Positions 11,565 to 21,373 of a stretch of DNA of 64,000 bases are shown one piece after another. The notes beneath the pieces are model-generated. The model was not told the DNA's origin. It was given only the letters and a program-made list of their open reading frames with translations, and ran no database searches. Position 1 is the stretch's first letter. Each line of letters opens with the position of its first letter. A program made the translations under genes and the position numbers. Source of the stretch: Candidatus Poribacteria bacterium (GTDB taxonomy: Bacteria; Poribacteria; WGA-4E; PCPOR2b); the NCBI GenBank assembly GCA_965116925.1, contig OZ220744.1, positions 160,001 to 224,000 on the forward strand, read 5' to 3'.

Positions 11565-12668
11565 CTATCTGAACCAATCATAGTGGAGAGCCGATGAGCG
11601 GTCTTGGAGCGGTAGGTCAAGGCGCACACCTCCCTGTGCGGAGGATTGCTTTAGTCCGAGCTCAACTTCAAGTGCCACAGCGACTCTCCTGCCTGAGTTC
11701 TTCGGTTCATCAAGTCTACCCTCAAGGCAGTCGATTATGTCTGCTAGTCCGTAGACAGCGTTATACCCACCCACAAATTGGGGAGGGTGCCACGGCATCT
11801 CTACACGCCGTTGTCCTGCGGGGGTATCAATATCCTGCCACAATCGCCAACCGCCCGGATAGCCCGAATGAAATTGTACCTCGCCATCAGTACCGGTCAG
11901 GCGGATCACACCTGCTCCCTTTCTAAAATGGATAGATTTGCCATCTTCAGCAACGAGCATTCCCTGTCCGGCGAACTCATCGCTCCCCGATTCGCGTCGT
12001 GGTTCGTCACCAACGCCGATAACCCATGCAGGCGCGCTGTCAACAAAATAGGACCAATATTGCTTCTGTGAGTTTGATGCTTCCGTCTCAATGGAGAGGA
12101 TCTCGCCGATGGTGCCATTGTTGATCAATTCCTTTGCTTTAGCGTAAGAGGGGTGATTCACCGGGATAGCACCACAGCAAAGTGGCACGCCGGCATTCGC
12201 ACATACCTCAACCATCCGGTCAGCTTCCTCCAGTGTATGCGCCATCGGTTTCTCCGTCGCAATTCCCTTCACACCGCAGGCAACTGCCAAGCAGGTTAAA
12301 TCAGCACGACCTTTCGTGTTAGTAGCGATAGCGACAAGATCGAGTGCCTCTGTGTGCAGCATTTCAGCTGCGTCGGTGTAAAGTGCCACCCCGCCGTAGC
12401 GTTCACCGAATGCTTTCAACCGGTTCCGATCCCGATCTGCGCCAGCGACTAGGTCAATCTCCGGCCGATCCCACATCACTTCCGCCCAGCTATGAGGTAC
12501 AATTCCTGTGCTGTGATACTCGTGGAGGTGAAAGCTGCGATGGATATCGAGTTCAGGCGTGGGGCGATCTACATCATCGACGTTATACGGATCCCAAATC
12601 CGCCCGGCGAGATCAGAGAGCATTCCCATCCAGCCTAACCCGATGACTCCAGCACGATACTTCGCCAT
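11565..12668 (-). CDS. Gfo/Idh/MocA family oxidoreductase
   Basis: Start MAKYRAGVIGLGWMG with GGGAG RBS; TEKPMA motif. Confidence 0.85.
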   Translation of the reverse strand: MAKYRAGVIGLGWMGMLSDLAGRIWDPYNVDDVDRPTPELDIHRSFHLHEYHSTGIVPHSWAEVMWDRPEIDLVAGADRDRNRLKAFGERYGGVALYTDAAEMLHTEALDLVAIATNTKGRADLTCLAVACGVKGIATEKPMAHTLEEADRMVEVCANAGVPLCCGAIPVNHPSYAKAKELINNGTIGEILSIETEASNSQKQYWSYFVDSAPAWVIGVGDEPRRESGSDEFAGQGMLVAEDGKSIHFRKGAGVIRLTGTDGEVQFHSGYPGGWRLWQDIDTPAGQRRVEMPWHPPQFVGGYNAVYGLADIIDCLEGRLDEPKNSGRRVAVALEVELGLKQSSAQGGVRLDLPLQDRSSALHYDWFR

Positions 12669-12681
12669 GTTACTCCCCTTC

Positions 12682-13482
12682 TCAGACACATTTACAACTC
12701 GCCCCACCATCGACAACCAGTTCCGTCCCGGTGATATATTTCGCTTCATCCGAAGCAAGAAAGAGCGCAGCATACGCCACATCCCAAGCATCGCCCATCT
12801 TTCCGGTGGGGCAGAGGGCATTCCGTACCTCGATCATTTGCTCTACATCTCCGTCCGCATAGCTATCGGCTAGCGATTTGACGACCATCGGTGTATTCAT
12901 GAAACCGGGCAGAATGCTGTTAGCTCGGATGTTCTGTTGCGCGTACTGAATGGCGATGCTCTGGGTGAACTGCCTAATTGCCCCTTTGGTCGTACTGTAA
13001 GAAATGTAGGGGACCCCCAGCCAGCGGATGCCGGCGATAGAAGATATGTTCACGATGGCACCGCCTCCCTGATGCTCCATCTGAGGAAGTACATATTTAC
13101 AGGTCAAAAAGATGCTCTTGAGATTGACGTTGTTGACGAAATCCCAGCTCTCCTCGCTCGCTTCGACGGGACCCCCGATTTCAAGAATCCCAACGTTGTT
13201 GTGAAGAATATCAATGCGACCATAGGTTTCAAGGCAACGTTCCACCATTACCTGAACTGCTTCGGACTTGGAAACATCTGTCTGATGGGCGGTACAATCC
13301 CCTCCCTCTTGATCAATGATCTCCTTGGTTTCTTCCGCAGCGGCGAGGTTAATGTCAATAGCGAACACCTTTGCTCCCTCGCGTGCAAAGAGCACAGCGG
13401 TCGCCTTGCCGTTCCCCCACCCCGGTCCGACTGATCCGGCACCGGTTACAATTGCTACCTTATCTTTTAAACGATCCCCCAT
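12682..13482 (-). CDS. Short-chain dehydrogenase/reductase
   Basis: VTGAGSVGPGWGNG, HNNVG and YSTTK motifs; start MGDRLKDK with GGAGG RBS. Confidence 0.9.
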   Translation of the reverse strand: MGDRLKDKVAIVTGAGSVGPGWGNGKATAVLFAREGAKVFAIDINLAAAEETKEIIDQEGGDCTAHQTDVSKSEAVQVMVERCLETYGRIDILHNNVGILEIGGPVEASEESWDFVNNVNLKSIFLTCKYVLPQMEHQGGGAIVNISSIAGIRWLGVPYISYSTTKGAIRQFTQSIAIQYAQQNIRANSILPGFMNTPMVVKSLADSYADGDVEQMIEVRNALCPTGKMGDAWDVAYAALFLASDEAKYITGTELVVDGGASCKCV

Positions 13483-13649
13483 AGCACTCACCCTCCATGA
13501 TTTAAGACGGTTTTGGTAAAAACGGGCGTTATGAAAACGCACTATGCTATCATCACTGACCTTTAGAGTATAGATTGTTCGCTATAATTGAACCGAATCT
13601 ATAATCGTATTTCTACATAGCTCCAATCCGGTGTGATGATAGTGCAAGA

Positions 13650-15086
13650 CTACGGCTTAGGTGTCTTCACACAGCGGAAACCGGTAATTTGACTTGTGCT
13701 CTGGGGATCCAGAAAGTTGCGACTTGTCACGCGTACTTTGTCAGCTGCACTGTTCCACGAGCCTCCACGGAGTACACGACGGGTCGCTACATTTGCAAAA
13801 TCATCGTTAGTAAACGTAATCAATTTACCAGAAATTGGATTGTTTTCCTGACTCACAGCATAAAATTTAGCATCGTATTCATCAGTGCACCACTCCCATA
13901 TATTGCCCCCCATATCATATAATCCATAGCCGTTTTCAGCAAAACTTCCAACAGGGGCGGGACCATCCCATATATCTTTGTCATTTTTGCCTTTATAGTT
14001 AGCGTCATCATGAGTGATTTCATCGCCCCAAGGATACCGCATACCGGCCCGTCCGCCGCGAGCGGCGTATTCCCATTCTGCCTCAGTCGGAAGTCGCTTG
14101 CCAGCCCATTGGGCATAGGCAGCAGCATCAAGCCACGACACCTCCACAACAGGTTGGTCAGGCGCATTGAGGGCGGGATCATCCCAAGACTCTGGCACCC
14201 TGTGTCCCGTCGCATCGAGAAACTGTTTGTACGCAGCATTAGTTACTTCCGTCACATCCATGTAGAAAGCACTGACAGAGACGGTGTGAACCGGTAATTC
14301 GTGAGGCAAGCCCTCTCCAAAGGAATCCCCCATTTCAAACGTGCCAGGAGGAATCAGCAGCATTGTTGTGCCATCGATCTTGGACAAAATCTCTGGTTCG
14401 GCAGTGACATTTATCACTCTCTCTGCCTCCATTGTGATGGGACTCGGAGCACTATTGTGTAACGTTAGGGTGATAGTATACTCTCCAACTCGCTCATAAG
14501 TGTGTGATGCCGTGAGTTCCTCGCCAGATTCTGTCTGCTGCCCGTCCCCCCAGTCCCATTCTACTTCGGAAATCCCGTAATGTGTGTCGTTGGATTGACT
14601 GGCATCAACGGTTATTTGTCCACCCAAAAGATCGCCCACATCCGCAGCGACAACTTCAAATAGTGCAATAAGTTCATGTCCTAGTGGATTTACTGTAATC
14701 TCTATTATTCGGTTTGAAGAGTTACGAACAAAGCCAGCCTCACCCGCTCCTTGATACAAAACTGTTTCACCCTTTAGCACTTCGATTGTTATTACCTGAT
14801 TCACCCCAAAATGGACTTCACTGAGAGCAATGTCCTCAACTGGTTGGCTTGTCGGCTTGATAGTAAGATTTTGCTCTGTTGTGATTGTTGCCACATTGGG
14901 TCCGGTAATTGTTATTCGTACCGCGTATTCCCCTGCTTCTTTCACGTTTGAGAAGTTGACAGGGATTATTGCTGCTATTTCATCTTGAACCTCATCAGTC
15001 TCACTGCAACCTAACAAATATACAGTAAAGCTGACGTATACGAGTGTTATCAAAACTGAAGTGAATTGCACTATTATTTTCCTCAT
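13650..15086 (-). CDS. Probable lipoprotein with PKD domain and C-terminal FGE-sulfatase (SUMF1/EgtB/PvdO) domain
   Basis: LLGC lipobox; WDWGDG...HTY...GEYTITL PKD domain; FEMG, RLPTEAEWEYAARGG, RGGSW and GFRC FGE motifs. Confidence 0.85.
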   Translation of the reverse strand: MRKIIVQFTSVLITLVYVSFTVYLLGCSETDEVQDEIAAIIPVNFSNVKEAGEYAVRITITGPNVATITTEQNLTIKPTSQPVEDIALSEVHFGVNQVITIEVLKGETVLYQGAGEAGFVRNSSNRIIEITVNPLGHELIALFEVVAADVGDLLGGQITVDASQSNDTHYGISEVEWDWGDGQQTESGEELTASHTYERVGEYTITLTLHNSAPSPITMEAERVINVTAEPEILSKIDGTTMLLIPPGTFEMGDSFGEGLPHELPVHTVSVSAFYMDVTEVTNAAYKQFLDATGHRVPESWDDPALNAPDQPVVEVSWLDAAAYAQWAGKRLPTEAEWEYAARGGRAGMRYPWGDEITHDDANYKGKNDKDIWDGPAPVGSFAENGYGLYDMGGNIWEWCTDEYDAKFYAVSQENNPISGKLITFTNDDFANVATRRVLRGGSWNSAADKVRVTSRNFLDPQSTSQITGFRCVKTPKP

Positions 15087-15201
15087 ATTTATTTAGGTGA
15101 ATTCCTTACGCATTTCAGCATAAGTGGCACGAGGCAAGATGCCTCGCCTATAGTTGGCTGCGTAGGTCCCAATAGTTTCAATATTGCCGCCGTTAAGCCT
15201 A

Positions 15202-15567
15202 TTACATTTTTGAGAGATATGTTTCGCGTTCGATGACCTGTTCCAGATGATACATTCGTTCAGGCGAAGCAGTCTGGCGCATAACCTCTGAATGGACGCT
15301 TTGTGACCTTGGATAATACCGTGGCTTGCCATCCCGCTGGAGATAACTGTCAAGTTCAGCAATCTCAGCGTCTGTTTTTGCCCGACTCGCCACATTGAGG
15401 TCAAAGTGGCGACGACTACGCCCTCCACCATCATGCACCATACCCTTCTTCTCAAAGACTGCTTGGTGCTCCTCAGTCAACCACTCAATATCTTCCGTGA
15501 GTAGGTTGGGAAGATAGATATACCCGAACAGTTTGAAAAATTCGCATTGCGCTGATGTCAATGCCAC
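15202..15567 (-). pseudogene. PhyH-family remnant with internal deletion
   Basis: N-terminus LTSAQCEFFKLFGYIYLPNLL is PhyH-like and runs directly into a C-terminal-like segment (GGRSRRHFDLN...); no HxD core; about 121 aa. Confidence 0.55.
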
Positions 15568-15717
15568 GGCACACAACTCCTTTTCCCATAATTCGCCCGT
15601 ATCAAGATATATCACACCGGACCGTTCTTCACGGTTCAAACTTTTTTCACTTCCTATCAAAAGTTCATCCGTAGAAATCCTGACTATTGAGATGTGTCCT
15701 TCACCATGAGGGACGAT

Positions 15718-16461
15718 TTAGCGTTTAGATGCCATAAGACCGATTAGGGGAGGGTTGGACAGGAACTCAGCCCAGAACGAGTTACCCTGTTGAGCGGGTG
15801 CTAAATCGAGATTGACCCATTCAAAATCAGAAAATCCAGCAATTTGAAAAGCCCATTGATAGGTCTCTGGCGCGAGGTAAAAATTTTTGAACTCAAACTG
15901 CTGCCCGTCTTCATTGACAAGTTTATATAAGATTACATCTCCTTCCTTGGGAGAACTAGTGCACTCCTTTTCAAATCCATATTTGGCAAAGGAGACAGTA
16001 CCTTTAGGGGGATTCCGAACGTTGTCATTGACCCCAACAAATCGTCCTCCTGAGCACAGTACATTATAGCTAACTTGGCAAAAGTGAAGGAGTTCTTCTT
16101 TAGTTTTAGCGTAATTCAAAAGGTACATTGCTACAACGACATCAACCGATTCAGCTATCTCTAGCTCTGCCACATCTCGATTTAGATATTTGCATCCTAA
16201 AGGGCGATCCCTTTCCTCCTCTTCCGCCAATCGGATCATTTCAGCGGAAATATCGACCCCTGTGACTTCAGCAGCACCTGCCTGCTTAATCTTCCGGGTG
16301 TAAAACCCCTCGCCACAAGCCAGATCTAGAACCTTTTTCCCTTGAACTTCTCCCAACATCTCAAAGAGAGAATATTCTTCAAGATACTTCCGAAATGACA
16401 GCTGTTTGGAATCCCTGTAGGCTTCGGCAATGTCATCATATTCATTTTTCGCTTGGGCCAT
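15718..16461 (-). CDS. Class I SAM-dependent methyltransferase
   Basis: VLDLACGEG motif I, GVDISAEMI; RBS AGGAGG. Confidence 0.9.
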   Translation of the reverse strand: MAQAKNEYDDIAEAYRDSKQLSFRKYLEEYSLFEMLGEVQGKKVLDLACGEGFYTRKIKQAGAAEVTGVDISAEMIRLAEEEERDRPLGCKYLNRDVAELEIAESVDVVVAMYLLNYAKTKEELLHFCQVSYNVLCSGGRFVGVNDNVRNPPKGTVSFAKYGFEKECTSSPKEGDVILYKLVNEDGQQFEFKNFYLAPETYQWAFQIAGFSDFEWVNLDLAPAQQGNSFWAEFLSNPPLIGLMASKR

Positions 16462-16555
16462 GAATCATATTCCTCCTAGATGAACCCAGTGAAAAACGAG
16501 TGGCATTTTCGCGCCAACAAAAAAGGGACCGTTTTTCCCCGCCCCTTGATCTCTC

Positions 16556-17503
16556 CTAAAATCCGAGTGTTTTTCTAACCACATTCTTCAGTGGTTCACC
16601 CGCTTTATATCGCCTGATATTATCGCAGAAAAACTCGATAGTGCGGCGTGGGCGATGCTGTGACCCCCCAGCAGCGTGCGGCGTGAGGATCACGTTGTCC
16701 ATATCCCACAAAGGGCTATCCGGCGGAAGCGGTTCAATTTCGGTGACATCCAGCCCCGCGGCAGCAATCTTTCCCTGTTTGAGAACTTCGATAAGGGCAG
16801 GCTCGTCAACAATTGGCCCACGGGCAACATTGATGAAATAAGCACTCGGCTTCATCAGTGCGAGATTCTCAGCGTTGATTAACCCGCGTGTCTCATCTGT
16901 CAGTGGACAGGCGATCATCACCACATCTGCGCGACTCATGAGATCCGGCAGTTGATCGATCGGCATCAGTTCGTCAACAACATCAGGTTTATCCGTGCGG
17001 TAAGCATCGACAGAGATGACGTACATCTCAAAGCCTTTGGCGCGTCGCGCCATGTGTTGACCAATCCCGCCCATGCCAACGATGCCGATTGTAAATCCAC
17101 CAATCTCAATCATCGGTCTTCCACCACCCCATTTGCGCTGATCCCGATTACGAGTGAATTGATCGATGCCTCTTGCGAGAGCAAGCAGCAGCGCAAAACC
17201 TTGATCTGCCACATGAGAGCCATACAACCCCGCCGCATTCGTCAAAATGACATCGCTATTTATCAGAGCAGGATGCAGCGTACTATCCATCCCTGCGCTA
17301 GAAGACTGAATCCACTTCAGCTTCGGCATCTGTTTGAACAGTTCCTCACTACAGCCACCAAAGAGGATTTCTGCGTCCGCAGCTTCCCTGACGTACTCTT
17401 CTTGCGAGTTGGCAAATACGACACTGTTTTCATCACCCGCAGCATCCCGGATGATTTGGTTCAATTCTTCATCTGAATTTGGTCTTTGTACCAAAATTTT
17501 CAT
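16556..17503 (-). CDS. D-2-hydroxyacid dehydrogenase family protein
   Basis: GIVGMGGIG, INVARG, LDVTEIEPLP, TPHAAG. Confidence 0.92.
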   Translation of the reverse strand: MKILVQRPNSDEELNQIIRDAAGDENSVVFANSQEEYVREAADAEILFGGCSEELFKQMPKLKWIQSSSAGMDSTLHPALINSDVILTNAAGLYGSHVADQGFALLLALARGIDQFTRNRDQRKWGGGRPMIEIGGFTIGIVGMGGIGQHMARRAKGFEMYVISVDAYRTDKPDVVDELMPIDQLPDLMSRADVVMIACPLTDETRGLINAENLALMKPSAYFINVARGPIVDEPALIEVLKQGKIAAAGLDVTEIEPLPPDSPLWDMDNVILTPHAAGGSQHRPRRTIEFFCDNIRRYKAGEPLKNVVRKTLGF

Positions 17504-17531
17504 ATATCGCTCCGTTCAAAAAATTAAAAAT

Positions 17532-17590
17532 AGAACTTACGCAGTTGGTTCATAAGTCCCCCTGATAAGGGGGATTTAGGGGGTTGAAAA
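17532..17590 (+). repeat. MITE/REP-like element, family B (AG(G/A)ACTTACGCA end plus CCCCCTGATAAGGGGG hairpin), partial copy
   Basis: ttcataagtccccctgataagggggatttagggggtt is identical to the copy at 42260-42359. Confidence 0.8.
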
Positions 17591-17659
17591 TAAAAAACAG
17601 AGAAAAGGGCAATGCCCTATTTTCCCCAAGTTACCTTTGTGTTGCCCGTCATAGGCACT

Positions 17660-18556
17660 TTATTTCCAAGGCGGTACTTCGGGCAATAACGCTTCAAACT
17701 CCTCAATTAGCTCTATTTCATACGCTCCGGCATACTCATTGTTGAAGAATTTATCCATTCCTATATCCACAAGGCGTTCCCACGATTCCTCCTCGTATCC
17801 AGGATTGACCGGAAAAAACAGCGCACCAACGTCCCGAGCGGCTTTCAAATCGCCGGGAGCGTCACCGATCATCAGGATATGATCCGATCGATACTTCCCT
17901 TTCGCTGTCAACGTGAGGTGCTCCGTCTTGGATCCCATCTCCTGCCCTGCGATTACCGCAACATATTGGTCGATATTGTGTTCAGCCCATTCCCGTTTGA
18001 GTGCTTCGTTGGGGGTCGCTGACACGACAATCGCATCGGCTCGTCCCTGTAGACTTTGCAGCGTCTCACGGACGCCGGGGAAAGGCGGCAAGTTGTGGAC
18101 AATCTCAGCGATAGTATCATTGACAGCAAGACTCCACTCAAGCACTTGGCTCAACTCCTCTCGCTGCGCTCCCGTTGTATTTTCAATCACTGCTTCGAGT
18201 GTGGGATTACCGAGCTTGGTCTCCGTTTCTGACCATTCCCGAAGATACGGAAAATCTGGCACCGAAACACTAGCTTTTTGAACCTTCGGCATCTCCCGAA
18301 GAAGGTCACTGACAAGAAGGATCGCTTTGAAACGATTGCAGCCGCGCGTTGTGGAATAAAGGTTCACAAAATCCCACGCCTGATGGACTTGCCGCGAAAC
18401 CGCGGGAAGCCCAAAGTGCTTAATCAGGTTGACACTGAAGCAGTCGTTGTGCTTAACCTCCATCGAATTGAACGCGCAACCATCCGAATCAATTCCGACA
18501 AAATAGTCATGTCTCGGTTGGAAGTCTTTTAACGCTGCCGCTGCATCTTGATCCAT
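17660..18556 (-). CDS. HAD-superfamily hydrolase
   Basis: IDSDGC motif I, VVSAT motif II, K motif III, MIGDAPGD motif IV. Confidence 0.88.
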   Translation of the reverse strand: MDQDAAAALKDFQPRHDYFVGIDSDGCAFNSMEVKHNDCFSVNLIKHFGLPAVSRQVHQAWDFVNLYSTTRGCNRFKAILLVSDLLREMPKVQKASVSVPDFPYLREWSETETKLGNPTLEAVIENTTGAQREELSQVLEWSLAVNDTIAEIVHNLPPFPGVRETLQSLQGRADAIVVSATPNEALKREWAEHNIDQYVAVIAGQEMGSKTEHLTLTAKGKYRSDHILMIGDAPGDLKAARDVGALFFPVNPGYEEESWERLVDIGMDKFFNNEYAGAYEIELIEEFEALLPEVPPWK

Positions 18557-18769
18557 TCAATTCTCTCCTTTCAACTCGGGCTATCAGATAGGCATGAATT
18601 CAAACGTTCATCGGTTTCTCTTTGCGTTTTGTCCTGTCTTTCTTTTATCCCTATAAATTGATATTCCTAACCCGGCTGCACCAATGTACCGATGAACTAA
18701 TGAAACCAATAATTTTCACGTTTCACGTTTTTTGCGTTTTGTCCTGTCTTTTGACATGGGCCTCGTGTT

Positions 18770-20236
18770 TTAATCAATAACCACTTCTGGCCTACCCTCC
18801 ACCATCCACTCCGTATGGAAAGTGGTCGGTTGTCCATCCACCCCCACAACTGTCTTACCATCGGCATCAATCCGGTTATAGGTGTGTGCGCCAAAATAAT
18901 CCCGTTGTGCTTGAATCAGGTTCGCAGATACACGAGCACTGCGGTAGCTATCAAAATAAGCGAGTGCCGAGCTACACGCCGGTATCGGAATCCCAAGCTG
19001 CATAGCAGTTCCTACCACATGCCGCCAGTTGTCCTGAGTCCGTTCAATTACTTCAAGGAAGTAGGGATCAAGTAACAGGTTGGGTAAATTAGGATCGTTC
19101 TCATAGGCATCAGCGATTCGATGCAGGAAACGGGCACGAATAATGCACCCGCCGCGCCAACCGAGAGCGATTGTGCCGAGGTCGAGATCCCAATTATACT
19201 CGCTGCTCGCTTCGCGCATCAACGCAAACCCTTGTGCGTAGGAGCAAATCTTGGAAGCATACATGGCATCATGGATAGCCGCTAGCAGCTCTAATTTGTC
19301 GCCTTCATATTTGCCACTGGGACCACGGATAATTTTCGAGGCTTTGACCCGTTCCTCCTTCACCGCCGAGATACACCGTGCGAAGACAGCCTCAGCGATG
19401 GTAGGAGCGGCGATGCCGGTATCTAGGGCAGAAATGCTTGTCCATTTTCCCGTGCCCTTTTGCCCGGCAGCATCAAGAATAACTTCCACAAGGGGGACAC
19501 CTGATTTGTCTGTCTGCGTAAAGATGTCGGCTGTAATCTCAATAAGGTATGAATCCAATTCACCTTCATTCCATTTTTTGAAAGCCTGGTGCATCTCTTC
19601 AGCACTCATGCCGAGGACGTGTTTCATCAGAGCGTACGCTTCACAGATGATCTGCATGTCGCCGTATTCGATCCCGTTATGCACCATTTTGACATAGTGC
19701 CCGGCACCATCGGGACCTATGTGAGACACGCACGGAGTACCATCAACTTGGGCCGCAATCTTCGTAAAGATAGGTTCGACAAGTGCGTAGGCTTCAGGGG
19801 TGCCGCCGGGCATCATCGCAGGCCCATATCGGGCCCCTTCCTCTCCGCCCGAGATGCCGGTCCCTATGAATCGTATCCCCTTCGCTGCGAGGTCAGTGTT
19901 TCGACGGATGGTGTCTTGAAAATTCGAGTTTCCGCCATCAATGATCAGATCGCCTTCTGAGAGATGTGGTGTCAATTCGCTGATACATGCGTCAACCGCA
20001 GCACCAGCCTGCACCATTAGGATCATTTTCCTCGGTGCACTCAGTGAGCCAATGAACTCTTTGATTGAGTGTGTGCCAACAATATTCTTACCTTTTGCCC
20101 GTCCTGCGATGAAATCATCCACCTTTGAGACTGTACGATTGAATACCGCGATCCGAAACCCTTGGCTCTCAATATTGAGACTCAAATTTTCGCCCATCAC
20201 GGCTAATCCAATGAGCCCAATGTCAGCTTGTGCCAT
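18770..20236 (-). CDS. gnd: NADP-dependent 6-phosphogluconate dehydrogenase
   Basis: [43 protein letters not shown]. Confidence 0.98.
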   Translation of the reverse strand: MAQADIGLIGLAVMGENLSLNIESQGFRIAVFNRTVSKVDDFIAGRAKGKNIVGTHSIKEFIGSLSAPRKMILMVQAGAAVDACISELTPHLSEGDLIIDGGNSNFQDTIRRNTDLAAKGIRFIGTGISGGEEGARYGPAMMPGGTPEAYALVEPIFTKIAAQVDGTPCVSHIGPDGAGHYVKMVHNGIEYGDMQIICEAYALMKHVLGMSAEEMHQAFKKWNEGELDSYLIEITADIFTQTDKSGVPLVEVILDAAGQKGTGKWTSISALDTGIAAPTIAEAVFARCISAVKEERVKASKIIRGPSGKYEGDKLELLAAIHDAMYASKICSYAQGFALMREASSEYNWDLDLGTIALGWRGGCIIRARFLHRIADAYENDPNLPNLLLDPYFLEVIERTQDNWRHVVGTAMQLGIPIPACSSALAYFDSYRSARVSANLIQAQRDYFGAHTYNRIDADGKTVVGVDGQPTTFHTEWMVEGRPEVVID

Positions 20237-20357
20237 CTGTGATGCCTCCTATTCGTCTACAACATTCAGTACGTCGGATATGATACATTACTCTGAAAAT
20301 AGGGTCAACCGAAAAAAATGAGGCAAGCGGTGTGCAAGATAAAACAGATTTTTCATC

Positions 20358-20386
20358 TTGACACATAGTTGCCTTTTTGATATGCT
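20358..20386 (+). promoter_or_regulatory. Sigma70-type promoter with no downstream CDS
   Basis: TTGACA-N17-TATGCT. Confidence 0.6.
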
Positions 20387-20725
20387 TGCATCAGCCCGGC
20401 AAATACCGAATCCAATACATACTGGGTAAGCCTTAAACTGATCGATTAATACCCAGTAAATCGACACAATAGAGTCGTTTGCAAGATTCTGTTTGATTAT
20501 GTTCGGGATACGTCAAGGGGGCTTAGGAACTGTTAAGACGGAATGGGACTTCTGACGGAGTGACATTTATCACTCTAGAGGTAGGATAGCTTAAAGAGAA
20601 GGGTATTACGGGGAAGACAATCAAGTACGACAAAGAAGTGCTTGAGCCTAATGCAGAGCATGAGCTGGCAGATGACAAATGACTCTTACCGCTCAGTTTT
20701 GATATTCCATCCATCGTTGGATAGA

Positions 20726-21352
20726 TTACGCCTGAAGATAGTGGCGAAGCAGCTTTCTCAAGTTCCGGTGTGCATGGAAGAGATGCGCCTTCACAGTACC
20801 GCTTGAACGTCCCAACGTACTCGCAATCTCTTTGAGCGAAAGGCCCTCCCAGTGGCGAAGGATGAAAATCTCACGCTGTTTGGGAGCTAGTTGCATAATC
20901 GCCCGCCGGAGATAGGTCAATAGCTCTTTGTCCTCAACAGCTTGGGTTGGAGGTCTCAGATTGCTATCTGCGATATTCATCATCGGTAGGTCATCAGATT
21001 CCAACGCGTAATTCACCGTTTCGCGCCGCGCGTTCTTACGCAAGAAATCGATGCAAAGATTGACAGTAATGCGATAAAGCCAGCTATAAAATTGAGACTT
21101 TCGCTTGAAATCTGGGAGTCCCTGATAGGCTCTGATAAAAGCATCCTGAGTAATATCAAGGGCATCTTCGGAATTCGGGACAAAACGTTGCGCGAGTCGG
21201 TAGGTACGGTCATGGTAGCGGACCACCAATTCATCGAAAACCGATTTATCTCCCTGTTGAAACTGCTCAATCAGCTTTGCGTCATCAGGAAATGCTTGTA
21301 CACATCGTGGTAATATTTTTTGGTAATCTTCTTCTTGCATTTTGCCTCTCAC
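20726..21352 (-). CDS. ECF RNA polymerase sigma factor (RpoE/SigW-like)
   Basis: DALDITQDAFIRAY, FYSWLYRITVNLCID (region 2), LSLKEIA...GTVKAHLFHA (region 4). Confidence 0.92.
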   Translation of the reverse strand: MRGKMQEEDYQKILPRCVQAFPDDAKLIEQFQQGDKSVFDELVVRYHDRTYRLAQRFVPNSEDALDITQDAFIRAYQGLPDFKRKSQFYSWLYRITVNLCIDFLRKNARRETVNYALESDDLPMMNIADSNLRPPTQAVEDKELLTYLRRAIMQLAPKQREIFILRHWEGLSLKEIASTLGRSSGTVKAHLFHAHRNLRKLLRHYLQA

Positions 21353-21373
21353 AAAATATGAGCCAATACCAGA

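Noticed and set aside
13650..13800. C-terminal FGE/C-type-lectin fold as a diversity-generating retroelement target
   Set aside because: No second copy (template repeat) of the 3' end and no reverse transcriptase in the window; a remote DGR cannot be excluded
13650..14400. True formylglycine-generating enzyme for the sulfatase
   Set aside because: It lacks the catalytic Cys pair after RGGSW, so it is treated as a non-catalytic FGE-fold domain
20527..20682. Plus-strand frame ELLRRNG...VG*LKEKGITGKTIKYDKEV... as a readthrough or selenoprotein gene
   Set aside because: No start codon or RBS and no recognisable homology; it may be a decayed gene fragment but cannot be supported
20523..20714. 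63-aa ORF downstream of the ECF gene as an anti-sigma factor
   Set aside because: Ser-rich, no ZAS (HxxxCxxC) motif and no clear RBS; probably spurious, though not excluded
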